64,000 bases of DNA. It comes from Acidobacteriota bacterium (GTDB lineage Bacteria; Acidobacteriota; Terriglobia; Bryobacterales; Bryobacteraceae). Shown here piece by piece: positions 39,190-48,682 of this stretch. The translations under genes and the position numbers were made by a program. Below the pieces are notes generated by a model. The model worked only from the letters and a program-made list of their open reading frames with translations. It was not told the DNA's origin and searched no databases. Every line of letters begins with the position of its first letter. Positions within the stretch are counted from its first letter, which is position 1. Where the stretch lies: assembly GCA_025354885.1 (NCBI GenBank), contig JANXLY010000172.1:14564-78563 (forward strand), in the 5' to 3' direction.

Positions 39190-41456
39190 GGGCGTGTAAG
39201 AAATTCGTCGAGGTTGATGAGGATGCGTGCGACGGCGGGCCAGGGGTCCTGTTGTGAGTCTCGCTGTACTCGGATGAAGCGGAGCATTCGATCGACTTCG
39301 TCTGGACGCGGGTTACGGCTCAGAGCGATCTGATAGCCCAGGTTGATGCCGGCAGGATCTGCTGTAGTTGCCTGTGTAATGCGCTTGGCCAAAGCTTCGG
39401 CGAATTCTGTTGAGGATTCGTCGTTGAGCTGGGTGAGAGCTTGCAGCGGAGTATTGGAACGATTGCGGCGGGTGCATGTGACGCTGGAGTCTGGCGCATC
39501 AAAGACGACAAGACTCGGGTGTGGAGCCGAGCGTTGGAAAAAGGTGTACATGCCGCGGCGGTAGCGGTCTTCACCGGTTGAAGTTTTCCATTCGCGGCGA
39601 ACTTGGGTGACCTGATAGACGCCTGCGGGTTGGGGAGGATAGACACTGGGTCCGCCGAGTTTGGGAGCGAAAAGACCGCTGGCAATGAGGGACTCGTCAC
39701 GAATAATTTCGGCATCGAGACGGAGACGGCTTTGGCGGCTGAACAGTTTGTTTTCTGGGTCCGTGGCAGAGGTGTTTGAGCTTTGACGATAGGTGGCAGA
39801 AGTAACGATCAGACGGTGGAGCGCCTTCTGGCTCCAGCCTTTTTCGATGAACTCGACTGAGAGCCAATCGAGAAGTTCGGCATGGGTAGGCTTGTCGCCC
39901 TGAGCTCCAAAGTCAGCTTCAGAATCGACTATCCCGCGGCCGAAGTAATTCTGCCAGACGCGATTGACCGTGACGCGCGACGTGAGGGGGTGTTTGGGGT
40001 CCACAAGCCACTGGGCGAGATCGAGACGGTTGGCGTGGATACTTGGCTTGGCAAGCGGCGGAAGGATGCTGGGGACGCCGGGAGCGACAGGAGCGCCCTT
40101 GCGCATGAAGTCTCCACCGAGATGAACGTAGGCGTCGCGAGGCTTGTCCAGGTCTTTCATGATCATGGTGCGGGGGAGCTTCGGTTTGTTAGCGCGAAGT
40201 GCGGCGAGTTCTTTGTCGAGTGCTACGAGGATCTCGTCCTTGGTCAGATCACCGGAATAAACGGCAAGGCGCATTCGCATGCGCTCTTCGGCATTGAGAA
40301 TCTTTTGCTGCCATTCAGCGAAGTCGGCCTTTTCTTTTTCTGTCCCGATTTCCAGGAAGGGCTTGTTGAAGAACTTGCGCTCGGCTTCCTTGTCGACTTC
40401 ATCGATGTTATTGAAGAAGGCGAAGAGTTGGTAATACTCGCGTTGGGAGACAGGATCGTACTTGTGATCGTGACAGCGCGCGCAACCGAGAGTGAGGCCG
40501 AGGAAGGCCGCGCCTGTTGTTGCGACGCGATCTGCGACGGCTTCTACGCGGTACTGTTCAAAGTCGATGCCACCTTCGTAGTTGGAAGTAGTGTTGCGGT
40601 TGAAGCCAGTCGCGATCAGTTGCGCCATGGTGGGGTTGGGCAGCAAATCACCAGCCAACTGCTCGATGACGAAGCGGCTGAAGGGGACATCATCGTTGGT
40701 GGCCTGGATGACCCAGTCGCGATACATCCAGATGTCGCGCGGGGCGTCGATCGTGTAACCATCAGAGTCGGCGTAGCGGGCAATGTCGAGCCAGTGTCGG
40801 CCCCAACGTTCGCCATAGTGGGGAGAAGCGAGGAGACGGTCGACTTGCTTCTCATAAGCGTTGGGCGAATGATCGGCGATGAACTTGTTGAGCTCGTCGA
40901 GAGTGGGTGGAAGTCCGGTGAGGTCGAGACTGACTCGGCGCAGCAGCGTAGCGAGGTTGGCTTCTGGAGAGGGGTTGAGGGATGCAGCCTCGATCTTGGC
41001 AAGAATGAAATTGTCGATCGGGTTGCGGAGCCATTTGGTGTTGTTGACTGCGGGCAGCGGGTAGCGGGTTATGGGCTGGAAGGCCCAGTGGCTGGAGCCA
41101 GGACGCTTGGACTTGACGAGATTCTCAGGGACGGGCATGCCCGCAGCAACCCACTTTTCGAGGGTGGCAACCTGGTCGGGACTGAGCTGCTTGTTGGGCG
41201 GCATCTTGAGATCACCGACGTGACGGGCAGCGTTCAGAATGATGTCGACAGAAGCGCCACGATTGCCGCCGCGGAGGATGGACTCGCGCGTCTGTAGCGA
41301 GAGGCCACTGGTGGAGTTCGCTTCACTGTGGCAGCCCCAGCAATTGGCCCGCAGAATGGGGCGGACATTTGTTTCGAAGAACTGGGCGTCCGGGGTCTGG
41401 GCCGAAGCGACGCAGAGCGCGGTGAGGAGGATCGCAAATGGAACGAATTGCTGCAC
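39186..41456 (-). CDS. Planctomycete cytochrome c / PSD1 (DUF1549+DUF1553) protein
   Basis: CWGCH and CARCH, YGERWGRHWLD, NTPLQAL. Confidence 0.93.
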   Translation of the reverse strand: MQQFVPFAILLTALCVASAQTPDAQFFETNVRPILRANCWGCHSEANSTSGLSLQTRESILRGGNRGASVDIILNAARHVGDLKMPPNKQLSPDQVATLEKWVAAGMPVPENLVKSKRPGSSHWAFQPITRYPLPAVNNTKWLRNPIDNFILAKIEAASLNPSPEANLATLLRRVSLDLTGLPPTLDELNKFIADHSPNAYEKQVDRLLASPHYGERWGRHWLDIARYADSDGYTIDAPRDIWMYRDWVIQATNDDVPFSRFVIEQLAGDLLPNPTMAQLIATGFNRNTTSNYEGGIDFEQYRVEAVADRVATTGAAFLGLTLGCARCHDHKYDPVSQREYYQLFAFFNNIDEVDKEAERKFFNKPFLEIGTEKEKADFAEWQQKILNAEERMRMRLAVYSGDLTKDEILVALDKELAALRANKPKLPRTMIMKDLDKPRDAYVHLGGDFMRKGAPVAPGVPSILPPLAKPSIHANRLDLAQWLVDPKHPLTSRVTVNRVWQNYFGRGIVDSEADFGAQGDKPTHAELLDWLSVEFIEKGWSQKALHRLIVTSATYRQSSNTSATDPENKLFSRQSRLRLDAEIIRDESLIASGLFAPKLGGPSVYPPQPAGVYQVTQVRREWKTSTGEDRYRRGMYTFFQRSAPHPSLVVFDAPDSSVTCTRRNRSNTPLQALTQLNDESSTEFAEALAKRITQATTADPAGINLGYQIALSRNPRPDEVDRMLRFIRVQRDSQQDPWPAVARILINLDEFLTRP

Positions 41457-41555
41457 TGTGAATATCTTGTCAAATTTTAACGGAGCTTGGGGGAGTGGAG
41501 TTCGGGCGGCTTGGGCCCAAGAGGCTGGCGAGCTGCGATTCGGCGGAGCTGCTGC

Positions 41556-42044
41556 TCAAATGGAAGGTCCGTGCTGGGCCAGCTGCCGCTCCACTAGCGA
41601 AGCGGGATAGCGAAATGACGTTGCCCTTAGTTTTTCAATTGCCTGGGAAAACGAAACAAGTTTGAGATGAGCTGCCTGATCCAGAATGCCAAGTGTTCCA
41701 GTGACAGGGAATCCGTTCTTCATGGCGATCTTGCGAGCTGGCCATTCATCCATCAGCAAAAAAATTGGCTGACGGCTTGCAGCTAATGCCAAAGCCGCGC
41801 GTTCTCCTTCGTGCAGGCCGCTCCACTGGGGATCAGCCAGGAATTCAGGCGGCGGATCAATTTCCTCCACCCATTCAGGCAAATGGATTGCCCAATCTCG
41901 CACTTTCGCTGGCGCTGAAGTGGAAAGAAGTTCCCTACGAACTGCCGAAGGGATGAGTACTCGATCATGGAGTTAAGGCAAGATATCGATGCTTTCAATC
42001 AAGACGAGATAGTTCAGAGGGCTGGTATCAGCAGCAACCAGCAT
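41556..42044 (-). pseudogene. PIN-domain (DUF3368-type) toxin interrupted by an in-frame stop
   Basis: ATG 42044 gives MLVAADTSPLNYLVLIESIDILP, then TAA at 41975-41973; the same frame continues LHDRVLIPSAV...LHEGERAAL...LMDE...GTLGIL. Confidence 0.85.
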
Positions 42045-42299
42045 TCACTTGTCCATGAGCTTGCGGTAGAGCTCCCGCTCCTGTTCGAGGTCTTCCCAGG
42101 TGTAGGGAATTTCTACGCCGTGATCGTTAAGAAACTGAGCGAGAGCCAATCGCTGGAGGCCGAGGAAGCGGCCTAACTCTGCCTCTGTCCACAAGCCTTC
42201 CTTGAGTGCGGCCAAGCCCAAGCCTTCGCGCGACATCATCGTCGCTCGGGTACCCAGGCGAGCCGCGAGTTCTTCCGGGATGTCCAAGGTTAAGGTCAT
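42045..42299 (-). CDS. UPF0175 family antitoxin
   Basis: MTLTLDIPEELA...YTWEDLEQE; stop codon abuts the PIN gene start. Confidence 0.8.
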   Translation of the reverse strand: MTLTLDIPEELAARLGTRATMMSREGLGLAALKEGLWTEAELGRFLGLQRLALAQFLNDHGVEIPYTWEDLEQERELYRKLMDK

Positions 42300-42633
42300 G
42301 GAGTTGAGCCTGTTTCTTTAATCCTAGCGCTGTGGCAAGGGATTGGCGGAGGCCGTGACAGTAGAGGAGCATCGTCAACAGTCTCTGCCCGGCCAAATGC
42401 AGAATGGCTGCCAAAAGATCAATATGGAAATCGAGTGAGGTGCCTCTTTTTGTTGCCCTACAAATAGAACGCGGGCAGCTAAGGAAAGGCTATAGCAAGC
42501 AGGAAATCAGCCAAATTCTTTTGTTGACCAGAGAACAGCTTACCTACCCTGTGACAAATTGGTCGATCACTGGAATCGGAGATCGTAATGCTCGGGCTTG
42601 GCCAGACGAAAGGAGCGCCGTCAGAATGGAGAC

Positions 42634-42816
42634 TTGAAACGGCACGAAGTCATTGCGACTTTGCGCTCCAACGAAGCGGCCCTGCGATCAGCGGGAATTC
42701 TACAACTTTCCCTTTTCGGATCTATTGACCATAGCGAGGCTTCAGCAGATGATGTTGATCTCGCGATGCGGCCATGGGCATCAAACCATTTTCGCTGCCG
42801 CGTCAATCTTCGGTGA
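42634..42816 (+). pseudogene. Truncated minimal nucleotidyltransferase (MNT) remnant
   Basis: VIATLRSNEAALRSAGILQLSLFGS...DDVDL (GS...DxD). The similarity is lost after this and the frame runs into mrr. Confidence 0.6.
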
Positions 42817-43714
42817 AATAGTCGATATCGATTTTTTTGATTTCATAGTGGTGTGTGGTGGAGACGCCTACGTTCTGGTCGATCATGTACTGCGTGAGCG
42901 TGGCTCCGTCGATCAGAACACTTTTGCTTTCGATGCGAGTGACATATTCTTTGGCCTCCTTTGAGAAATCTGATGTCGTGATGAAAACTCCTTTGCGAGC
43001 GCGATGACCCTGGAGTGCACCGGCGAATTTCTGGATCTCGGGTCTACCGACGGTGGCTTCCCAACGCTTGGCCTGAATGTAAATGACATCAAGGCCGAGC
43101 ATGTCTTCCTTGATGATTCCGTCGATGCCGCCATCGCCGCTGCGCCCCATAGCCTGGGAAGCATCCAGTCGATTGCCCCCGTAACCCATTCGCACGAGCA
43201 GATCAACGACAATTTTTTCGAAGAAACTGGGAGAGGTGGTTTTGACCTGCTCTAGCAGCTCAGCTTCCAGGTTTTGGCGAAATCGATTATAAACTGCATC
43301 CAGATCTTCATCCGGGGTTGCGGCGGAGTTGAGAGGCGAAGCCGGTTGGATGCCCGCCTCATCCGGACGCTGGAAATCCCGGAATGCGATGTACTCGGGG
43401 AATCGTTCGAGGAACTTCATGTCAATCCGGGTCGGATTCTCTGCAAGCACTTTGAGGCCACGATCTGTGATGTTGAAGTAGCCTCGACGAGAGGAATCAA
43501 TCAGAGCGGCCTTCTTGAGATAAGTGCGCGCCCACCCTGCTCGATTGCGAATGACCTCCTGCTGTCCACTGGCGAGCATAAGCTGACGCTCTTCAGTACT
43601 CAATTTGAAGTGATCTGACAGAAATTCAACGAGCTGACTGAGTTTGTACTCTTTGCCGTCCTTCAATTGCGACAGGAAAGGGAGCATGACCGTTTGGAAA
43701 TCGGGGATCGCCAT
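42803..43714 (-). CDS. mrr: Mrr type IV restriction endonuclease
   Basis: MAIPDFQTVMLP, NRAGWARTYL, DGGIDG, IQAKRW, GVFITTSDF. Confidence 0.95.
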   Translation of the reverse strand: MAIPDFQTVMLPFLSQLKDGKEYKLSQLVEFLSDHFKLSTEERQLMLASGQQEVIRNRAGWARTYLKKAALIDSSRRGYFNITDRGLKVLAENPTRIDMKFLERFPEYIAFRDFQRPDEAGIQPASPLNSAATPDEDLDAVYNRFRQNLEAELLEQVKTTSPSFFEKIVVDLLVRMGYGGNRLDASQAMGRSGDGGIDGIIKEDMLGLDVIYIQAKRWEATVGRPEIQKFAGALQGHRARKGVFITTSDFSKEAKEYVTRIESKSVLIDGATLTQYMIDQNVGVSTTHHYEIKKIDIDYFTED

Positions 43715-43944
43715 AAGTGTTTAGCTTGGCAGAGTCGAGACGACTGAGCGTAAGTGAGCTGGATGCTGAAACAACGAAAGCTGAGCCAGGGAGATCTCCC
43801 AAATCTCGAGATACTAAACTTCATGAGCAATGCCAACATCTTTCGTGAAGAGTTTGCACAGGCTGCGGCCCTTGCTGGCCTTCGCGCCAGACTAGACTAA
43901 AGGCGCTGCGGGTCCAGCAATTGTGCGAATCCTTCGAATAGATC

Positions 43945-45630
43945 CTACTGCAGATAGAAAGCAAAGATCTGGTCGCCAGCAGCGACTAACAGATACTGGT
44001 GGCCATCAACCATGTAGGTCTGCGGGGCATTCGATACCTGACCGATGCGCGAGTGCCAGAGCGGTTTTCCATTCACTGCATCATAGGCAACCAGGTTGCC
44101 GCCGATGTCCCCGGCGAAAACTAGCTTCGTGGCTGTCGTAAGAATCCCGTTGCCCCCGCCGAAGCCTCCGGCGACCCCAGGATAGCGATGGCGCCAGGCG
44201 ATCTTGCCGGTCTTGTAATCAATCGCAGTAAGGTAGCTTCCCATCGATGCGACAAACTGCTCGTCCTTGCCGCCAAGGCCCATTGCGCCCCTGGGATCGG
44301 TCTCTGTCAAGTAGTACATCGCGTAAGTATCGCTTTGAGGCACATAGAACAGACCAGTAGCTGGCGAGTAGGCCGCCGGTGGCCAGTTCGTCGCACCATA
44401 GTTATTCGGGGAAACAAGCGAACCTGGAACCGTGGAATCCTTCTCAGGATTACGAATCGTTTGCCCCTTCGCGTTGATTTCCTTGACCCAGTTCACAGTG
44501 TCCGAAAATTTGCTCGTAAGAAGGTGTTCTCCAGTGAGGCGATCTACAACATAGAAGTAGCCGTTGCGGTCTGCGTGGAGGACCATTTTGCGGGGCTTTC
44601 CCTTGAAGTCGCCATCGACGATGATCGGTGTTTCACTCGAATCCCAGTCGTGGGTGTCGTGTGGATTCAGTTGGTAATACCAGGCCATCTTGCCTGTCTC
44701 CACGTTAAGTGCGACAAGCGAACACGTATAGAGATTGTCGCCGTCGCGGCTTTTGGGATTTGTGTAACTGGGTGACGGATTTCCAGTGCCGAAGATATAC
44801 AGCTTGGTATCTGGATCGTAAACGCCGGGGATCCAGACGTTGCCCGCACCAACACGAGCGCCTTCGAGGCTGCCCCAGGTCTCAAGGCCGGGGTCACCTT
44901 TCTTCATCGGCACGGTGTAGGAAGTCCACTGCACGTCTCCAGTCTCCGGATCGCGAGCCTGCACGTAGCCGGGGGCATCGAGATCGTTTCCCGTCCCGAT
45001 AATGACGTGGTTGCCGATCACGATCGGCGCCATCGTGGAGAAGTATTGCTGATTGAAATCGGCGATGGGTTTGTGCCAGCGTTCCTTGCCGGTGAGGGCA
45101 TCGAGGCAGACAAGGAAGTCGTCAGGCGTTTCCATGTAGAGCCACTTGCCCCACATGCCCAGACCGCGATTGCCGATATGTGTGCCGCCCTTGGTCTTCC
45201 AGAAATAATGCCAGAGGACATGGCCATCGCGGGCATCGACGGCCCAGGCATTGTCGGGCGTTGAGAAGTAAAGGCGACCGTCGACCATTAGCATGGAGGC
45301 GCGGATGTTCGTGCCACCGCCAAAGCTGGCAGCGAGTTCGGCGCTGCCTTCTCCACCCACGATGAGAGGCGGGCCCGCATTGAAGCCCCCACGACCACCT
45401 CCGCCTCCACCGCCGGGAGCGCCCATGCCGGAACTAACGCGCACGGTCCAGGCGAGGGTGAGGTGTTTGACATTAGCAGGTGTGATTTGCGTGAGCTGAC
45501 TGTAGCGCTTGCCGGAGTAGTCGCCGCTATAAGTGGGCCAGTCGTTCGCAAGCGGTTTGACTAAGAGGGCAGGATCAAGGACCTGCGCGGCGATTGACGA
45601 TGCGAGAGTGAGCAGGAATAGGAATTTCAT
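43945..45630 (-). CDS. Acido-empty-quinoprotein group A (PQQ-type beta-propeller dehydrogenase)
   Basis: WPTYSGDYSGKRYS, GNRG, PHDTHDWD, GATNW, tryptophan-docking repeats. Confidence 0.88.
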   Translation of the reverse strand: MKFLFLLTLASSIAAQVLDPALLVKPLANDWPTYSGDYSGKRYSQLTQITPANVKHLTLAWTVRVSSGMGAPGGGGGGGRGGFNAGPPLIVGGEGSAELAASFGGGTNIRASMLMVDGRLYFSTPDNAWAVDARDGHVLWHYFWKTKGGTHIGNRGLGMWGKWLYMETPDDFLVCLDALTGKERWHKPIADFNQQYFSTMAPIVIGNHVIIGTGNDLDAPGYVQARDPETGDVQWTSYTVPMKKGDPGLETWGSLEGARVGAGNVWIPGVYDPDTKLYIFGTGNPSPSYTNPKSRDGDNLYTCSLVALNVETGKMAWYYQLNPHDTHDWDSSETPIIVDGDFKGKPRKMVLHADRNGYFYVVDRLTGEHLLTSKFSDTVNWVKEINAKGQTIRNPEKDSTVPGSLVSPNNYGATNWPPAAYSPATGLFYVPQSDTYAMYYLTETDPRGAMGLGGKDEQFVASMGSYLTAIDYKTGKIAWRHRYPGVAGGFGGGNGILTTATKLVFAGDIGGNLVAYDAVNGKPLWHSRIGQVSNAPQTYMVDGHQYLLVAAGDQIFAFYLQ

Positions 45631-46460
45631 TTGACAGTCACCAGATAGGCAGTGAGGTTGTGGATGTCTTTGTCGGTGTAAGAACCGAGGAGGTCGCGAT
45701 GCCCTTTGAGAGGATCGTTGAGTTCAACCTTGGGGTTGTCGCCGTCGCGGGTGAAGGTGCGTGGTGTGCCGTCTTCTTCGGTGAGGAGCACATAAAAATC
45801 GTCGATGCGATTGAGCCGGCCCTTGACGGTTTTGCCGGGAGCAGTTGTCACTGTCACAGTGACGGGAGCAACGCGAGTGGCGACAGGTCCACCGAAGCCT
45901 CCACCCGAGCCCGGCATGAGCCAGGTTTGCTGGAGCCGCTTGGGATCGCTGATGCGCGAAGCGATGCCTTTGAGATTGCCATTAACAGAGTGGCAGCCGC
46001 TGCAAGTCTTCGCGAAGTAGGCTTCGCCCGCTGTCGCCTCACCAGTAACGATGGTGGGCGGCGTCATGCGTGAGACGTCATAGCCGCCAACTTTGAAGCT
46101 GTGGATGAAAGCAGCGATACCGGAGATCTGCGCATCGTTCAGATCGAACTTGGGCATGCCAGTGCGGCCTTCCTTGATGATGGGACCGATGAGTTCGCCG
46201 TCCTTGTCATTGAGCACTACAGCGGTGCGGATCAGATTAGGGCCGCCGGAGCCGCCGCGCGCGTCGACACCGTGACAAAAGGTGCAATGCACGCCGTAGA
46301 GGCCTTTGCCGCTTTCGACAAGTGCCGGGTCGACCGGAGGGCGTTCTGGAAATGCAGGCGGACGGCGGAAGGCGGGAGCAGGCGCAGGAGGGCGTGCTGG
46401 GGCTTGTGCTGCTGCTGAAGCCGCAAGCAGCGGCAGGACGATTAGAAATTTCTTGATCAA
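45627..46460 (-). CDS. Di-heme cytochrome c partner of the quinoprotein
   Basis: Signal peptide, CTFCH and CSGCH; 4-bp overlap with the quinoprotein gene. Confidence 0.9.
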   Translation of the reverse strand: MIKKFLIVLPLLAASAAAQAPARPPAPAPAFRRPPAFPERPPVDPALVESGKGLYGVHCTFCHGVDARGGSGGPNLIRTAVVLNDKDGELIGPIIKEGRTGMPKFDLNDAQISGIAAFIHSFKVGGYDVSRMTPPTIVTGEATAGEAYFAKTCSGCHSVNGNLKGIASRISDPKRLQQTWLMPGSGGGFGGPVATRVAPVTVTVTTAPGKTVKGRLNRIDDFYVLLTEEDGTPRTFTRDGDNPKVELNDPLKGHRDLLGSYTDKDIHNLTAYLVTVK

Positions 46461-46559
46461 GTGGAACCTCAGTGCAATTTGGGTTGCTCTCTACTATATC
46501 TCTTAAGCGTATTGTAGGTGGGCCCTACCCTGTGAGAAGTGAAGAGCGCGAAGACTGCA

Positions 46560-46580
46560 CGTACAGGTTTTCTGTACAAT
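46560..46580 (+). promoter_or_regulatory. yefM-yoeB operator and -10 element
   Basis: Inverted repeat GTACAG-gtttt-CTGTAC containing (C/T)GTACA cores, overlapping TACAAT. Confidence 0.7.
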
Positions 46581-46596
46581 AATGAAGGACGAACTC

Positions 46597-46884
46597 ATGT
46601 CACTAGACACAACCTACACAAATCTTCGGGAAAACCTTTCCAGCATTTTAGACCAGGTGGTCGCGGATCAGGAAATCATATTCATCAAGAGAAAAGGCGT
46701 CCGTGAAGTTGCGCTCATACCGGCAGAAGAATTGGCAGGCTTGATCGAAACAGCGCATTTGTTGCGTTCGCCAAAGAATGCACGCCGACTGCTGAGTTCG
46801 CTGGATCGCGCTCAAAGTGGAAAGCCGAAGCGATCCAGTGTGGATCAATTACGTCGTGAGGTGCTGGGTGACAAAGGGCCCTAA
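46597..46884 (+). CDS. yefM: Phd/YefM antitoxin
   Basis: TYTNLRENLSSILDQV...ETAHLLRSPKNARRL; alternative start at 46582. Confidence 0.92.
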   Translation: MSLDTTYTNLRENLSSILDQVVADQEIIFIKRKGVREVALIPAEELAGLIETAHLLRSPKNARRLLSSLDRAQSGKPKRSSVDQLRREVLGDKGP

Positions 46885-47140
46885 GCGAGCCGCAGTATTT
46901 CACCCGGAGTTTAGAGACGATTTGCACCACTGGGTAAAGAATGACCGCAATGTTGCGCTGAGGATTCTGGATCTCATTGAATCGATCTTGCGCGACCCTT
47001 TTCAAGGACCAGGGAAACCTGAAGCCCTGCGCTATGTTCTGGCCGGCTGCTGGTCGAGACGGATCACACAGGAACACCGACTCGTGTCCCGGGTAGGAGA
47101 AGATCGAATCGACTTCCTTCAGGCTCGCTATCATTATTGA
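46868..47140 (+). CDS. yoeB: Txe/YoeB toxin
   Basis: RDPFQGPGKPEAL...WSRRITQEHRLV...QARYHY. Confidence 0.93.
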   Translation: MTKGPKRAAVFHPEFRDDLHHWVKNDRNVALRILDLIESILRDPFQGPGKPEALRYVLAGCWSRRITQEHRLVSRVGEDRIDFLQARYHY

Positions 47141-47152
47141 GGCCAGCAGTTC

Positions 47153-47746
47153 TCAGATTTCGAGGCTGCGCCACATATACCAGGAAGCGATGCTGCGATA
47201 AGGCCTCCAGTTTTCCGCGATCGCTTCGTATTCCGGATGCTTCGCTTGAGAGTCGATCTTGTAGAGATTTTTCATACCATTGCGGACTCCTAAATCAAGA
47301 ACCGGAAATACATCGGGACGCTTGAGGGCAAACATCAAAAACATCTGCACCGTCCAGACCCCGATGCCTTTGACCTGCGTGAGTTCGGCAATGATCTCGT
47401 CGTCTTCCATGTTTCTGTGACGGCCAAAGCGGACTTCACCACTGGCAGTTTTTTCAGCGAGGTCGCGAATGTATTTTGCTTTTTGGCCGGAAAGGCCAGC
47501 GGCGCGCATCTGCTCTTCGCTCACCGCAAGGACGGCCTTGGGGTTGAGCTTGCGTACCCCGCAAGTGGATTCAAAACGTCTAAAAATAGTAGAAGCTGCC
47601 TTGCCACTGAGCTGCTGATAAACGATGGCCCGAGCAAGGGCGTGGAAAGTGGGTGGATGATAAGTCATCTCGTAGGGTCCAACTTGCGAGATGATTTGTT
47701 TGAGAACGGGATCGCGACGGCGAAGATGGCGGAGAGCAACTTCCAT
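47153..47746 (-). CDS. alkA: DNA-3-methyladenine glycosylase (HhH-GPD)
   Basis: IVYQQLSGKAA, VKGIGVWT, PDVFPVLDLG, WRPYRS. Confidence 0.92.
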   Translation of the reverse strand: MEVALRHLRRRDPVLKQIISQVGPYEMTYHPPTFHALARAIVYQQLSGKAASTIFRRFESTCGVRKLNPKAVLAVSEEQMRAAGLSGQKAKYIRDLAEKTASGEVRFGRHRNMEDDEIIAELTQVKGIGVWTVQMFLMFALKRPDVFPVLDLGVRNGMKNLYKIDSQAKHPEYEAIAENWRPYRSIASWYMWRSLEI

Positions 47747-48682
47747 ATGAGAACCAATGATAGTTTGACACGAAGAACCATGCTGGCAGGTCTGGCTTCT
47801 GGACCAGCACTGCTTGCTCAGGATCCCGTGATTCGCGTCGATGTCCAATTGGTCAACATCACATTTACCGTGCGCAGCAAGCAGGGCGGCCTGGTTGGCA
47901 ATCTCACCAAGGATGACTTCACGGTTTTCGAAGATGGCAAGCAGCAGACGGTGAACCGCTTTCAGCGCGATACGGATTTGCCGTTGACGATCGGGTTGCT
48001 CGTTGATATTTCAGGCTCGATGTACAACGTCATCGGAACGGGCAAGCGGGCGGCTGCGGAATTTTTTCGCAAAGTGTTGCGGCCCAAGGATCTGGCTTTT
48101 CTGATCACGTTCGGTTCGGAACTGGAGTTATTGCAGGACCTGACTTCGTCCGTGGCGATGCTCGAGAAGGGCTTGAGCCGAGTGGAGGGGCAGCGGCCAA
48201 TGCGGGTGATGACGCAAGGGCCCGTACCGACGACGCCACGCGGCACCCGGATGTTTGATGCTGTATATCTGGCTGCGGAAGAGAAGCTCAAGAACGAATC
48301 GGGACGCAAGGTAATTGTGCTGCTGACCGATGGAGACGATCAGGGGAGTTTTTATAAGCCAGTAGATGCCTTGAAGCAGTCGCACTTGTCGGATGCGGTG
48401 ATCTATAGCTTTTTCTATTCTGAACCAATGTACGGGAGCAATGAAGGGGCACTCAAACGGCTCTCAGGAGATACAGGGGGGCGAGTGTTTGATGTGGCAA
48501 GACGCGGCAGCCTCGATACTGCATTCACACAGTTACAGGAAGAGATGCGGAGTCAGTATGCGTTGTCTTATTCGCCATTGAACGACAAGAAGGACGGGGC
48601 GTTTCGGCGTGTTGAGATCAAGACGAAAGACAGCAGCTTGAAGGTGCAGGCTCGACGCGGATACTACGCAGCAGGAGCTTAG
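47747..48682 (+). CDS. VWA domain protein (acidobacterial VWFA-related)
   Basis: DISGS MIDAS motif, LTDGDD, TGG, QYALSY; start uncertain (47747 or 47765). Confidence 0.9.
   Translation: MRTNDSLTRRTMLAGLASGPALLAQDPVIRVDVQLVNITFTVRSKQGGLVGNLTKDDFTVFEDGKQQTVNRFQRDTDLPLTIGLLVDISGSMYNVIGTGKRAAAEFFRKVLRPKDLAFLITFGSELELLQDLTSSVAMLEKGLSRVEGQRPMRVMTQGPVPTTPRGTRMFDAVYLAAEEKLKNESGRKVIVLLTDGDDQGSFYKPVDALKQSHLSDAVIYSFFYSEPMYGSNEGALKRLSGDTGGRVFDVARRGSLDTAFTQLQEEMRSQYALSYSPLNDKKDGAFRRVEIKTKDSSLKVQARRGYYAAGA

Noticed and set aside
39882-41297. 471-aa plus-strand ORF and other long antisense ORFs (e.g. 3282-4325, 12573-13709, 26967-27902)
   Set aside because: They are shadows of well-supported opposite-strand genes and carry no family motifs
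41783-41998. 71-aa alternative-frame ORF suggesting a programmed frameshift in the PIN gene
   Set aside because: The PIN sequence continues in the original frame past a single stop, so no frameshift is needed
45380-45425. Gly-rich run GGGGGGGRGG in the quinoprotein
   Set aside because: Low-complexity loop common in acidobacterial secreted proteins, not a DNA repeat system
46514-46528. GTAGG-tgggc-CCTAC hairpin resembling a GTAG-type REP
   Set aside because: Single short copy; no repeats or associated transposase seen in the window
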